Source of the DNA: Takakia lepidozioides
Taxonomy: Eukaryota; Plantae; Bryophyta
Length of the DNA: 64,000 nucleotides
Assembly (NCBI GenBank): GCA_030704615.1
Contig: CM060731.1
Span: forward strand, 34,286,001-34,350,000
Direction: 5' to 3'
Shown here: positions 39,758-52,200 of the stretch, one piece after another
Numbering within the stretch: the first letter of the stretch is position 1
Layout of the letters: the number at the start of each line of letters is the position of its first letter
Notes under the pieces: model-generated
What the model saw: the letters and a program-made list of their open reading frames with translations, nothing else
Database searches by the model: none
Told to the model about the DNA's origin: nothing
Position numbers and translations under genes: made by a program

Positions 39758-41061
39758 TCACGTCGCTTGGGTGCAATTGGGATTACCGCCTCCAGGGCCG
39801 CCGAAAAAGAAGTAAGTTCCCCAGTCGCCCGAGGGAGCTCCCTTTTGAACACGGAGGTTGTAACAGTTTGCATCCCGGACCGCGATCGATTCCAAAGAGT
39901 ATGCATCATGAAGTTTCGATGATGAGTCTACATATCGCAGATTTTGTTGGTATGCCGCCGAAGGAAATCCTTCACTCGGATATGCACCTGAGCCCATTGC
40001 TGTGTGTGTATGGCCGACGGATCCAGCCCACGGCGCCATCTCTCCGCCCCACTCTAGACCGTCTGCGCTGCTTTTCATCGTCGTGTAGATACTTGAGGGC
40101 CAGTACCCAATAGCTTCGTTGTTGATGAGCAACCACCACCCGGGAGTCGTCGAATCGTAGATCACAAGAAGCTGAAATTCGTCTTCATAATTTGCATTGT
40201 CGTCAAGGGTGGTGTATGCTGCCATGGTTCCACCGAGCACCCAGTTTGTGTCCGTCTGGACAAACCCAGGGCATGCCAAATTGTAGCATCCGGTGGATCT
40301 GTAATTATCCGCCGTCCAGTAGATGAAGAGGTGGGGCGCAAGAGGGTTGTCTTGTGGATGCATTGCCGGATATGTTTGCCAGCCGACTTCAGCGGTGTTG
40401 CCGCTGTTGGCATTATTTGCAATAACCCAGAGCTGTGAGATTCCTGCATATTTGGGTATCCAATGATGGGTGCATTAATACTGAGATTTGCAGCCATGCC
40501 AAAATAAGTTCCTGCAGTAGATGGCATCATAACCACAGCATATTCATGTTCACTACCGCCGGCGCAAGCGAAAGGACCTGTGCTGGTCCGCTTCTCCCTC
40601 GTGGGGGGTTGGCTCTTTGTCAAGAGTGGTTGATTAGGGTCCCTTCGTTGCACCGGGATGCTGCCTTTAGGACATCCTCCATGCTCCCTTGCAAAATTTT
40701 GTGGGTACTCACCAGTGCTTCTTCCATGTCCTACATTTTGTTGCACCTGAAGATGGGTTGACAACGTCATCTGATTAATATGATCTTTGAGGGCTGGGTG
40801 GTGAGCTGCAATCTGCTGTTCTATGCGGACACAGTCTACCCAGCTTCCATCTGAAACGCGGAATGACCTCACCGGGGGACCATGCCTAATGGTGTTATCG
40901 CTGTCCATGTAAGCTTTGAGCGTTCTCTGTCTTCCAGGAGCTTGTTGCAATCTTCTTCCTTGCGATGAGTCCACCAGCAGCAGAAGCTGAATACACATGG
41001 TTACTATCCAGTACAACTGTCGTGCTTCAAAACTAAATCCTCGTCTGCAATCCATCATAGA
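39758..41061 (-). pseudogene. Tandem neprosin paralog, frameshifted
   Basis: Highly similar to 36695-37999. Near 40440 it has TCCTGCA (7 nt) where copy 1 has GCTCATTTCCC (11 nt), a net 4-nt loss that splits it into ORFs 40162..41088 and 39758..40363. Confidence 0.88.
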
Positions 41062-41607
41062 TGCAGTACGTACCTGCAGCCTATACACTTGTCAAACTAG
41101 CTCCGATCCACCAAGAAATCTGGTCTCGACTTGGCCCCGTTGCCAACGAAGGGATTTAGCTAGATATTTAATCAAAACTTCCCTGAATCCTCTGTCAAAA
41201 AATAAGTCGTAATAGTGATGGCTGCAGACTTCTTTGAAAATTGATGATTGCATACCGGTTGAATGAACTAGGCCAGGAGGCTGCAGGTCTCTAAGACGCC
41301 ACAGTTTACCCTCTATTTGTGTGACGGCTAGGGAGTGAAAAAAAGGAACACATATAGAGCACATCATACAATGACATACATAGATTTTAAAAATAAAACA
41401 CTTATGTAACACTCAAGCACACATTGGAAACAGAATCTGCTGACCTTCTGATTCTTGTTCGATTGTTTCTCTCTCTTCTAGTTTACTTTTGTGGTAGCTC
41501 CTGAGGACCTCTTCCGTCCTCCTTATCTTTGACAAGCTAAATTTGCTCGGTTAGTTCTGCCCGCCGCCCCCCTCTTCGGAGGGTATGGTTCCATTCTTCA
41601 GTGACTA

Positions 41608-42397
41608 TTGTGTGTGTGCCTTATGTTTGGCCCAGGGGTTTTCCCCTAATAATTCCAAATAAAGTTTCTCTTAGGGCCGCGCCACTCTCCCCCGTCATTT
41701 TTTTTAAGGAAATAACAGGGTATCAATACTGGTATTGTGGGTCTTCCTGGGTATCAATATTAGGTATAAGCAGGTTCTTCGAGAACCTACCAGGGGTAGG
41801 TGGTAGGTCGAATACCCAAGGCATAACATGGATTACCATTTGGGCCTCCCATTTCATATCAGGCTGATACCATTATTGTGCGGCTATGGGAGCTTAATAT
41901 TCATACTACAGGCACGGATCGTTGGAGATTTGGTTGTGCATCCTGCTGGGTAGGGTAATGCAAACACTAAAGGCCCCAAGGATAACTCTTTCATTGGGGG
42001 AGTTTTACAGCTTGAGCAGGAGCAATTTTGGTGCTTAGGGCCCCGCTTCGCTCTTCCGTTTGCCCCCGGCTTGGCATTTCAATATTGGAATGGGGCATTT
42101 GGGCTATTCAAATGGCCATTTGAATAATTCAAAAAATACTAATATTGATACCCCGTATTGATCATTATTCATCTGATATTTGAAAAAAAAAAAACCCCGT
42201 ACTATTGATATCATATATTGTGCATATCTAAGGGAAATACATTGTACCAGTATACTATTTGTAAATTTGTCATTATGCAATACTTAGAATGATACCAAAG
42301 TTCAAAAATAAAGCACCCTCCAAAACCTACCATGCCTGGTATATTAAAATGCTGATACCCGTACAACACTGGATTACACCATGAGGCACACACACTG
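41608..42397. mobile_element. Degenerate non-autonomous TIR element, hAT-like
   Basis: TTGTGTGTGTGCCTTATG matches the reverse complement of CATGAGGCACACACACTG at 15/18 positions. It has GGTAT/ATACC subterminal repeats like the 38467 element and starts where homology to the copy-1 upstream region stops. No clear TSD. Confidence 0.5.
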
Positions 42398-44423
42398 AAT
42401 ACATGAACCTTATAACCACTCTAATATAGAGGAAATGCGGAGCTTGCTACTCTACTTTGAGCTTGTATTTTCGAACCTTATCACACCATTTATTATTATT
42501 TATAAAAAAAGCATACAGACAAAATAAATTTTAAATCTTGTAGTATTAATCTAGAGAGTAACCTACGTACATTAGTCACAACATAATAAGAATACATTTG
42601 AACATGTACTCTAACTAAATCTTTTTTTGCCGACAATAGTTTTCTAGTCAATGTGTCTAAGTTTTGAACCGCGGTGTAATCAGGGGAGTAGTCGGATGGC
42701 CTAGCCGGAGGCAGTACGACTCCAGCACCAAGGGTGGGCCCGAGGCGGGGAGACTTCCGCTGCGTTAAAATCAGGTGTGGTCCGATATTCTGCCGCATTT
42801 TAAGACTAATTCTCAGGCGGAATCGGCCGCCCTGGGTGGCCTGGGTGTACTACTAATCGGTAGGGATGGCCGATTATGCACCCAGGATGGCAAAGTATGC
42901 AACTAGCCATGTACATGTCTCAACCATTACCCCACCCTCCATTCCCTTGAAGCTCACCCCTGTTTATATCCTCCAGGGGGTATGGGATAATTCAAGCCCA
43001 ATCAGATTGCGCCAAGTAGGAGCGAGAATACTCCACAACCTGCTTTTAACGCCAGTGAACGGGCCGGGTAGGGCAGACTCTGCCCTGTAAGCGGCACAGG
43101 GTTCTCTTGAAGATTTGGGTGGATGGCTCAGATCCCTAGGGCTAAAAATAAAAGAAATGAATTTAGAGAAAAAAAAATGACATGACGTAGGATCTCACGG
43201 GACCTCACGTGTAAGACCACAACCCCCCCCCCCCCCCCCCCCCCCGGCTCGCCCTAACGCGGTAAGGTCCCTGTTAGCTGTTGATGTGATATTCCGTCAG
43301 ATAACGTCCTTGCAAATGCAAATACAAAGGGAAAAGACCTGTAGGTTTTTACAATCTCAACATCATCTGTAATTTCTTCGGTGGATGCATTAACATCGGA
43401 AAGAACCATAATCCACACCCGCACGATATACCGGGAATAAATCCCTTGACCTAAAGGTCAAGGCAGTTGTTTTTAGACTCCAAACCACGATTTACCAAGC
43501 TTCTCGCTCCAACGATACGGATAAGATGCGTGCTCCACAATCTGAACTCATACAAAATATACACGCCAGACCATTAATAGCTGTGAGACGAGTTACACAG
43601 GAGAACCAAGAGAGAAAAAACCTTGGCATTGAGAAGATGGTGACCTCGGGGCCACAAAGAATAGAGATGGCAAGAGGGCTCCAATTGGATGGGAAGGCTA
43701 CGCCCATTCGTCGAATGCATATGTGCATGGTTGGTTGTATAAAATTCAGATTTGCTACCGATTTACATGTCTTCAATGTTGGTGTAACACGTGGACCTTG
43801 CGTGTGGACCTTTCCGGTGGACATATCCGAAGGAATTTGTTACGGATCCATGCAATGGACCTTCCATATGGATGGATGAGAGAGACCCGAGCCAAGGACC
43901 CTTAGAAGGGACCATTCACATGGACAAATGGATGGATCTTTGATATAGACCCTTTGGACATACCCTTCCATGGAATCTTCGGTCAGACCAGACACTACGC
44001 TTGCATGTTCGATGGACCATTATCACATACCATGGCGATGGACCATCCAAATGGACATTCTCATATATCATGAGGGTAGACCACGGCGGTAATCTGTTGC
44101 GCCAGCAGCCGGTGTATTAAATTATTGTCACGTGCAGCATATGGGCCGCTGCCGTGTGTATTGCTTGCATGACGCCCTTTGCACGTGGGCTACGCTCATA
44201 TTCCTCTGAAGCATCACCTGTCGGAGCATCCTTGCTGTACATTATCTGACTCATACCCTTCAGTTCATGAAACTCGCAAGTTGTCCGTCCTTGATCTTCC
44301 TTATAGCATTCTTCAACCAAACACGGTGAACATGCCACAGATAGAGGTAAATTGCAACATTTGGAAACACTTCCCTGCAATATCCAAATGAGAATGTAAG
44401 CGGTGGGAGTACAACCACTACTA

Positions 44424-45609
44424 CGTTTAGGAGGGTTTAGCGACGTCGGTCCCCGTGGCACCTCTCCTGTAGGATGCCCCCGCCGCGCCCCATCTTGCGA
44501 CGCCCTGGGCGTTGCTCGACCGGGGTGTGACGTTTCTGACGTCACATGAATAATGCCAAATTCCACAAAAACGTGACTTTTGGCCAAGTCCTACAATGCG
44601 ACGCAGCAAGCGTCGAATCTGAGTACAATTTTTTATTTTTTTTTAACATCGCAAACCAGCTGCGACACACAAGGGTTCCCCTGGTGCGACCTTCCAGACG
44701 TCGGTTGGGAGGCTTGAGCGTCGTTTAAAGTCCTCGAGGGGACCTTAAAAAATAAAAAAAATAAAAAAACGTCGTTTTTTAAAGGGCGTCGTTGTATTGG
44801 AGCGAGCACCCCTGGGGTCGTTTATTGAATTTTTCTTTTTTTGGATTTTCGCTATGTCACTTTTAGCGATGTCTGAGATGTCGTTTAAAATGACTTGATC
44901 ACTTTTTGCAATAGAGAGTACAGAAAAAGCGACGCGGGGAATGTCGTTTTGAGGTCCCAACGAGCAATGTCTGCATGAACTACCTTATGTACAATTAAAT
45001 CAAATAGAGAAGACTCCGGCCGAAACCGGCGTAACTAGCTAAGAGCCACTTCGCCTTACGGCTATTGCCCATTTTCGGAGGTGAGCCCTATACAATTAAA
45101 TCATATGTTTGTGTGTAAGTCGTAACTGATATGTTGGTTAGTGTGAAGTGTCTTACTGTGTGTATAATCTAGAGATCTTGAGTTCAAATTTGTCTAACAA
45201 CACATTGAATGATTAGGAACTCGATATGTGTCGGCTACTTGCAAACACATGCTCATGGGTTAGGTTTGACATTAATTTGATGCTACGTGGCAAAGTGTGT
45301 GTCCCGCCATTTTTTCAACCATGTACAATCCCGCCATTTTTTGAACCGATTCCAAAAACAATGACCTAACAAAGACGGGCTCACAAATAGTCATAGAGAT
45401 AAAAAAAAATACAACAAAACAAAACAAAACAATAGCGACCCTAGGGCGTCGTTTTTAAATAACGACGTTTTTTTTTTTTTTTTTTTTTTTTTTTCGTTGC
45501 ATATACGACGCCATGGCTGCGACGCTGAGGCGTCGCATATTCGCATCCGTCGCGGACCCCGTAATCGCCGAATAGCGTCGCTCGGGCAACGCTAACCCCC
45601 TCTAAACTG
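44424..45609. mobile_element. Tc1/mariner-like MITE nested in a MULE intron
   Basis: TA|CGTTTAGGAGGGTTTAGCG on the left and CGCTAACCCCCTCTAAACTG|TA on the right form imperfect TIRs with TA flanks. The interior has CGACG/CGTCG repeats. MULE coding sequence continues on both sides. Confidence 0.6.
45003..45090. repeat. Short hairpin-bearing dispersed repeat, copy 3: an 88-bp insert with a 13-bp flanking duplication
   Basis: TACAATTAAATCA at 44990-45002 and 45091-45103 flanks AATAGAGAAGACTCCGGCCGAAACCGGCGTAACTAGCTAAGAGCCACTT... Confidence 0.75.
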
Positions 45610-48434
45610 TATACTGAACAATGAGAAAAAAACATGGACATGCCAATGAAACAGAACTTACCGAATCGCATTGATTTCGACATCAACATCATCCACAATG
45701 AATGCATTGGGTCGCCAAGCGAGTTCATCTACAATGAGTCGTGAATGCAACTCCTTCATCCATGGAACAATACCCAATGTTTTGTTCCTAGCGGATATGA
45801 CATAAGCTACGGGTATGCCATTCAGCCATGTATCAAAGACCATTAGAGTATAAAGAGAGAACTTCGTACACACAGAAAACCGCAGTAACATGGCGTCAGA
45901 TAGGTTGGAGGGGAGTAGACAAGGGAGCTCAGAAGGGAACAATCTGCAAAACCATCACCATACAGGGGAGCGTAGAAAGCTGACCGCTCCTCTGCGTACC
46001 CATACATCGTGGAGGGGAACAATCAGCACAGGGGAGCACACAGGGGGCACAGATGCTGGGTGAGGATATGGGAGCGGTACACAAGGGAGCAGAGCTAGTG
46101 TGCACCGTGGAACGTGATGGGGAGCATAGAAAGGAGCACCCTACAAAACCAACAACACTACAAGGGAGCATACAAAGTCGTCGGGGGTTCTTGCAGAAGT
46201 GGAGCACACTGAAGGGTTTCTTGGAGGGGAGCACTCAGCACAAGGGAGTAGACATGGGAGCAGACATGGGATTAGTCCTAAAACATACGTTGGCACACGA
46301 ACGCTCGCACACAAGGTAGCAGCCTACAAAACCCACAACATGCGGGGGAGCGTACAAAGTCGTGCGGGGTTTTTAGAGGGGAACACATATGAGATCAAAG
46401 TTGTGAGGCACCATACCTTGCTTTCATTTGTTCCGAACATAGCATCGCAAGCCACAATGCGATTGTGTCCTAGTTCAAGCATTTGGCGTTTCTGCCATGG
46501 GTGATCTGGATACCAATGAGGAACTTGCCACCAAGAGATCCTACAGCAGTATCTTCCCCTTGGTAGAAGAAGACAGAGGATGGGTTCGCATCCATCCATA
46601 TCTTTGTGTTAACAGGGTCGCTCTCGTGTCGTTTGAAAGTCTCCCAAACTAGTTTTTTCTGCCAAAATTTGCACGTCACAGTCTAAGATGAAATCATCTC
46701 GACTGCACAAACCACGTCCGTCTGCCAAATTTTCACGCAGAGCCATAATCTTGGCCGGTGAAAGACCAGCCTGCAAATTCTCCATCACCCACTCCTCCAT
46801 CTCTTCACTTATACGGGGCACAAGTGCAAAGCGAGTATGAGGACATGTTGGATCCCTCGCGCCATGACAAGGCAAACCATGTGTGTCTACATGGTTTTAA
46901 TTGTAGAAGTATGGCTGGATCCCAAAAACATCGCCCTATCTTGAAACTACAACAACATCCTTTCTTGAACGATTCCGCATGGTCTTTGCTCGATCGCCAG
47001 GGACCTTTGTCGTCGTTGGGCTTGCGGGGCAATCCTGCAGTTATTGATTTGGTTTTCTCATGACCTCGAAGCCGTCTTGGCGTAGGTCTGCAAACACAAA
47101 TTTCTGAATTGCAATTGTCCCCCGGGCCATATAATGCACAAGGGTACCTACACATGTTGTGGATTAAAATCTTTGTATGGAACAAAAGCAATGACCCGAA
47201 AATAAAAGCAAGTAGGGAAGGAATACACAAGTGAACACTTGGGGAGTTCACTCCTTGTAAAACTTTGTTACCATCTGCGAACAAAAGGTATATAGTTGGG
47301 GGTATTATTTGGTTATTTATTTATTTTTGGTACCCTTGCATTACATAATTTTGTAATATGGGTCTTTGTAGACACCCTATTTTGAATTATAAAAATTACT
47401 AGATTCGTCTATTAGCACCCAAATTTACTTTAAAGTATTATATAAAGTTCAATTTGAAGGGGGAAAAAACAATAGCAACACATGCACAACAAACAACAAA
47501 ATACATGAACTTTATTCAAGCCAATATGGCCTACTGTCGTTCACTAACAAACTCATTCAATGAGTCCGCATCATTACTATCTAACACATACAAGTTGTTA
47601 AACCCATTCTCTCATACTTCATCCATAATCACCTACTTACGTTCATCCACCCAAGGGAATCCTAGCTCTACACACCCCCCTCCCATTTTTATTTTTTTAA
47701 AGAAAATTGTAGCACAAAGTACTCTTATTTTTTTTATAAATGGAATTTTTATAATACCACAACCCTTTGTTAAAATTAAATCTTTTAGAATTTTTATTTT
47801 CCAAGAATTTATTGGACCCCATTTTATCGCACATGGTTTGGAATTCATGCACTACTTTCCCTAGAGTGAACAACCCGATAACTATCTGCTCGCAGAGCTC
47901 ACAAACCACGAGCAGCAGCCTTCTGGGTTTGAATGGGTGAGAATGTCGTGGGAACACCTGGCATTGACTGCTCTCCAGAAACAAAATATTTAGCTCTATC
48001 CCATGGAATGACAGCAGTTTCTACATGTATTCTACATCCATTCCAGCCGTTCAGTCCAGCCCACCTGCAGATGGTTGAAAGGGGTGCAAGCAAACGGCCA
48101 TTGCACTGTCCCTCATGGCAAATGGAGCACAGCTCCTTAGTCTATATGCTCCCCCCTTTCGCGAACCGCACCCATGGTTGGGTTGTCGTCTTTGCGCTCC
48201 CCTATTTTGCTCCCACGTATTTTGCTCCCCCGCCCCATCTCCCCGATCGATGGTGGGCAAACTTTCCCGCGAAGATGCGCTGTCTTTCCCTCAATGAACG
48301 GCATAGATGAGATGTAGATTTACTTTGAACGTAATACAACGTGGCACATGGAGGTTCTGGAGTGGATCGACGATACAGGGCCTACAATTGATTCGAAGCT
48401 TCACTCTCATTGTTTCAGAATGCTCGTGCGATGT

Positions 48435-49520
48435 CAGGGGAGAGCGAATGAGGGGAGCGGAGAGCGCTGCAGGGGAGCGAAACAGTGGAGCAGAAATACA
48501 GGGGAGCGAATGAGGGGAACAAAGAGCGCCGCGGGAGGAGCGAAACCAGGGAGCATAGATACAAGGGAGCGAATGAGAGGAGCGGACAGCGCCGCAGGGG
48601 GAGCGAAACATCGGAGCAGAAATACAGGGGAGTAAATGAGGGGAGTGGACAGCGGGGCGGAGACTGGGGGAGCGCCCCCAAGGAGAGGAAAGAGAAGAGC
48701 ATAAGGAGCGGCCGCGGGCACAGGGGGACGCAGCAGGGGAGCGGAACAGAGGAGTAGAGGGAGCGGGGCGCGGGTACACCAGGGAGCACAATAGGGGAGT
48801 GGAAACAAGGGAGTAGAGCGAGCGGGGCGCGGGGACAAGGGGGAGTGCAATAGGGGAGCGGAACATAGGAGCAGAAGGAGCGGGGCGCGGACACATGGGG
48901 GAGCTTAGCAGCGGAGTGAAAGAGGGAGCAAAGGGAGCGCAACAGGGGTGCAGAGGGAGCGGGGCGCGGGCACACGGGGGAACGCAACAGAGGAGCAGAA
49001 AGAGAGGAGCGAAAGGAACGAGCGTGGGCACACGGGGGGAGCGCATCAGGGGAGCGGAACACAAGGAGCAAAGGGAGCGGGGCGGGGGACACGAGGGAGC
49101 GCAGCAGGGGAGCGGAAATAGGGTAGGAGAGCGAGCGGGGCGCGGGGACATGGGGGAGCGCAGGAGGGGAGCGGAACACACGGGGGGTCGAGCTTAGCAG
49201 GAGAGCGAAACAGGGGAGCCAAAAGAGGGGCACGAGCATAAGGGGGAGCGGAGCAGGGGAGCAGATGGTGCGGGGTGCAAGCACACGGGGGAGCGCCAGG
49301 GGAGCGGAACAAGAAGCAAAGAGAGCGGGCGCGGGCACACAGGGGAGCTTAGCAGGGGAGTGGAACAGGGGATTAGAAGAGCAGGGCGCAGGCACACGGG
49401 GGAGCACAGCTGTGGAGCGGAATAGGGGAGGAGAGAGAGCGGCGCCGACACGGGGGAGTGCAACAAGGGACGGCAACAGGGGAGCAGAGGGAGCGGGGAG
49501 CTAGGGGGGGGGGGGGGGGT
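48435..49520. repeat. Purine/G-rich degenerate tandem array (GGGAGCG, GGAGCGGAAC units)
   Basis: Dozens of GGGAGC-type units with strong strand bias. Similar units occur at about 45920-46380. Confidence 0.8.
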
Positions 49521-50899
49521 TTGACGGCAAAGCCGATAGGGTGGGGATTTGAGAGGGAGGCTCCGGACGGCTCGGGCTCCAAACGGCTCTTGGGAGCAAG
49601 GCCCACGCTCTCACACGCACGCATTCAACTCCCATCCTATGGCTAGTGTAAATCCTGTGTAACATCTTTGGTAAGGTACAAAACAAACACGAGCGCCGTA
49701 ATCAACATTTGCAGTTTGTGAAATGTGCTAACTTGTTTGTCGACACTCCATCAACTGTGTACATGGATGGTCGTAAGCTAGTTGTGAGAATTTCAAGCTG
49801 AGGTTCTTAGTTCAGAATGTAAGACTGGCTCCTAAGGGTAGTTGACTCTGCCCATTGAAATCTGGTGCAACCCTCAGAAGTGCATCTAATGAGTCCCATT
49901 TCTTGTTCTATTTCTCCACCTTTGCTGAACTTGTTCACATGTGGAATGTTAAAATGTTCAGAAACAAGTTGGCTTGTGAAACGGTGTGGTATATGACCTG
50001 TAGACAGTGGGCCTGCTCTGGCAATGGTGCTGGAGAGACCAAATGTAGTGGCTTAGTGGAGGGCTCTGCTGGACACAGACTAACACAAAGCAAGCCTTGA
50101 AGCACCAGACAGGTGCTATCCCTGTGTTACATGACTTTTTGTGAGTGACTTTCATTTCTCTTGCTGACTTCTGTTTTCTTTGTCTTTGAGGGTATGCCCT
50201 ACTCTTCTCATGAAACAGAAGACACAAACCCACAGTCACCTGCATCCTGGGGGAGACGCACCGACACACAAAACCCTCCAAGCAGTGTGATTATCTGGGC
50301 ACCAACAGATGTACTTTGCACCTCCGTGGTCTGCATAGAGATATGGTTTTTTCTAACATCTCCATAATGTTTGTGTGATTTCTTGGATGAAGCACTGTAA
50401 GAGCCAAGTACAGGGTGGACTATCAAAGGAACTGCGTGCATGGCTAGGATTCCACGGACTCAACATGGAAATCGTGAAAGCAAGCATACCAAGTTGTAAC
50501 CTCCAGTGTTAGGCCCTTTGCTTTGATTTGCTGAACCCCCCAGCCCCAGCTGCAGATGAAGTAGCAATATTCAGACATTATCTGCGGAGACTTCTGGAAG
50601 ACCTTTTCCTTGAACCAACAGAAGACTGCAATCTTGTGGGATATAGATGTGTGGACTGCGGAACATAGCAAGGTTACATTGATGCCCTGACCTTGTCTCT
50701 TAACAAAGATGGGGCAGCAGTGCAAGTTACCAAAAACTATGAAAAAAGGGTAGATATATAGCCCCCAACTACCACAGTTGTGACACAGGTCCGTGGAAGA
50801 TTATTTTTTTTTTTAAGTTTACATCGGCAAAAGACCAGATACAGAGATTTGGACACAGAGAGGGACAGATCCACAGAGGGTGGCCAGAAGACGTGTTAC

Positions 50900-51092
50900 A
50901 TGACCTGAATGACACTCGAAATAAATCCTGCTTGGAATGCTCAGCATAGAATGATTTGGCCGAGGACTCATTCAGATTCACCACCTTCTCCACTACAATG
51001 AAAAAAAATGACCAACAGTCTCTCCCCCCTGATTGCATCATTGTAGTGGGGTCTCACCCAGGTTTTACCTTTGCAAATGTCCTCACCAGTCA
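50900..51092 (-). pseudogene. Nucleoside diphosphate kinase (NDPK5-like) exon relic
   Basis: RTFAKVKPG*DPHYNDAIR...FIVVEKVVNLNESSAKSFYAEHSKQDLF resembles the NDK N-terminus (RTLAMIKPD...FYAEH..FF). It contains a stop and frameshifts. Confidence 0.55.
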
Positions 51093-51639
51093 CCTGTGCA
51101 AAATTTCAGGAACCCATCTCAGAACTAGCCAGACATCATCAGGAAAAGCGCTAGGTGACCCAGGTGTCAACTCCACCATTCACACTAAGGTATCAACATG
51201 TAGGTCTGATCCGAGCTGGCCTGATGCATAAACATGAGTTGAATTGAGTCACCACCTTCCACTAAAATGTCACAGCTACAACTTGGACTTAGTAATTCAT
51301 GCGAGATGAAGATTACAAAGATGGCAGAAGTGACATTGGTTTTGCTAAACAGCCATGTCCCTGAAACCAGCACCATGCCATTGCCCAAATACCAACACAG
51401 GACTTCATTATACTTGACTCTATACCCACTGTGGGACTTTCTTACCCTGTTACAGCCTCCAACACCCCTCGATGAAAGATTGTTTCTTGAAATTTTAAAT
51501 CAACCTATTGAAAGGATGTGAAATTGGACATACTGAGTTGAACTCCTACCTGCTGCAAATGGGGGCTGTCCTTCAGATCGATGTTCGGCACAATTCGGGG
51601 AGTGCTCATGTCAGCATGGACCACTTATCCCCTTTTCCA

Positions 51640-52200
51640 CGGCACCCAGCCTGGAACAGGCACCTGTAGCTATCTCTCATGGATCTCCACCGCCTCCCTA
51701 CCAACCCCATGCTGGGCATATCCTGCGATCATCACATTCCATGAGAACACATCTTGCTGATCCATATTGGCGAGAACTCAGTGCACATGCTCCAACAAGC
51801 CAAGGCAGTTTTCACAATGCTTCCTTCCTTGATCCAAGCTCTGATCATGTCAGCATGAACATCTTTTCCCCATTCAAGGGTTTCTAGGCTGGCACATGCC
51901 TTGAGAGCGCACACAGACATGACTTTGTTCAGCTTCACCCATTCCTGTATTATCTGCTCACAGGTTCCAGATCGATGTCCCATTAATGCTGAATGCCCTG
52001 CAGACATTGCACTGCATGACACCTCATTTCATTCTGCATCCTCACATACTTCACGCGCATTCTTCATGATCGGCAGAGATGTTAACCAGGGTAATCTGTC
52101 TCCAGCTACATCCATTGCACCATATTATCTGACACTTGATGTGCAGTCATATCGGCAAGGGAAGTCTCCCAACATTTTATCTGGCCAAATTTGAACTGTG
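51640..52200 (-). pseudogene. Degraded PLS-class PPR gene fragment
   Basis: VCALKACASLETLEWGKDVHADMI..VKTAL and, in another frame, WNVMIAGYAQHGVGREAVEI. Multiple frameshifts. Confidence 0.7.

Larger units (their letters stand above)
44130..49637 (-). mobile_element. Decayed Mutator-like element (MULE transposase exons plus G-rich subterminal array)
   Basis: Fragments: RISEEMEEWVMENLQAGLSPAKI, LGHNRIVACDAMFGTN, FSLYTLMVFDTWLNGIPVAYVI..FIVDDVDVEINAIR, and at about 44375-44270 EVFPNVAIYLYLWHVHRVWLKNAIRK (the CxxH position, with C mutated). Stops and frameshifts present. Boundaries are approximate. Confidence 0.75.

Noticed and set aside
43300-44100. ORFs 43492..43824 and 43526..43879 with TGGAC-rich repeats
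   Set aside because: No recognisable domain or termini. Probably decayed transposon sequence that I cannot classify.
45003-45090. Ribozyme-like words on the minus strand (GGGCAA..GCCGUAAGGCGAA)
   Set aside because: No hammerhead CUGANGA core, and I could not build the HDV nested pairings. A covariance-model search would be needed.
45130-45200. Weak A/B-box-like motifs (TGGTTAGTG...GAGTTCAAAT)
   Set aside because: Too degenerate, with no tail or TSD.
48291-49476. Long Pro/Ser/Leu-rich ORFs (296 and 353 aa) and Gly/Arg-rich antisense ORFs
   Set aside because: By-products of the stop-poor G-rich repeat array: open in several frames, with no recognisable domain.
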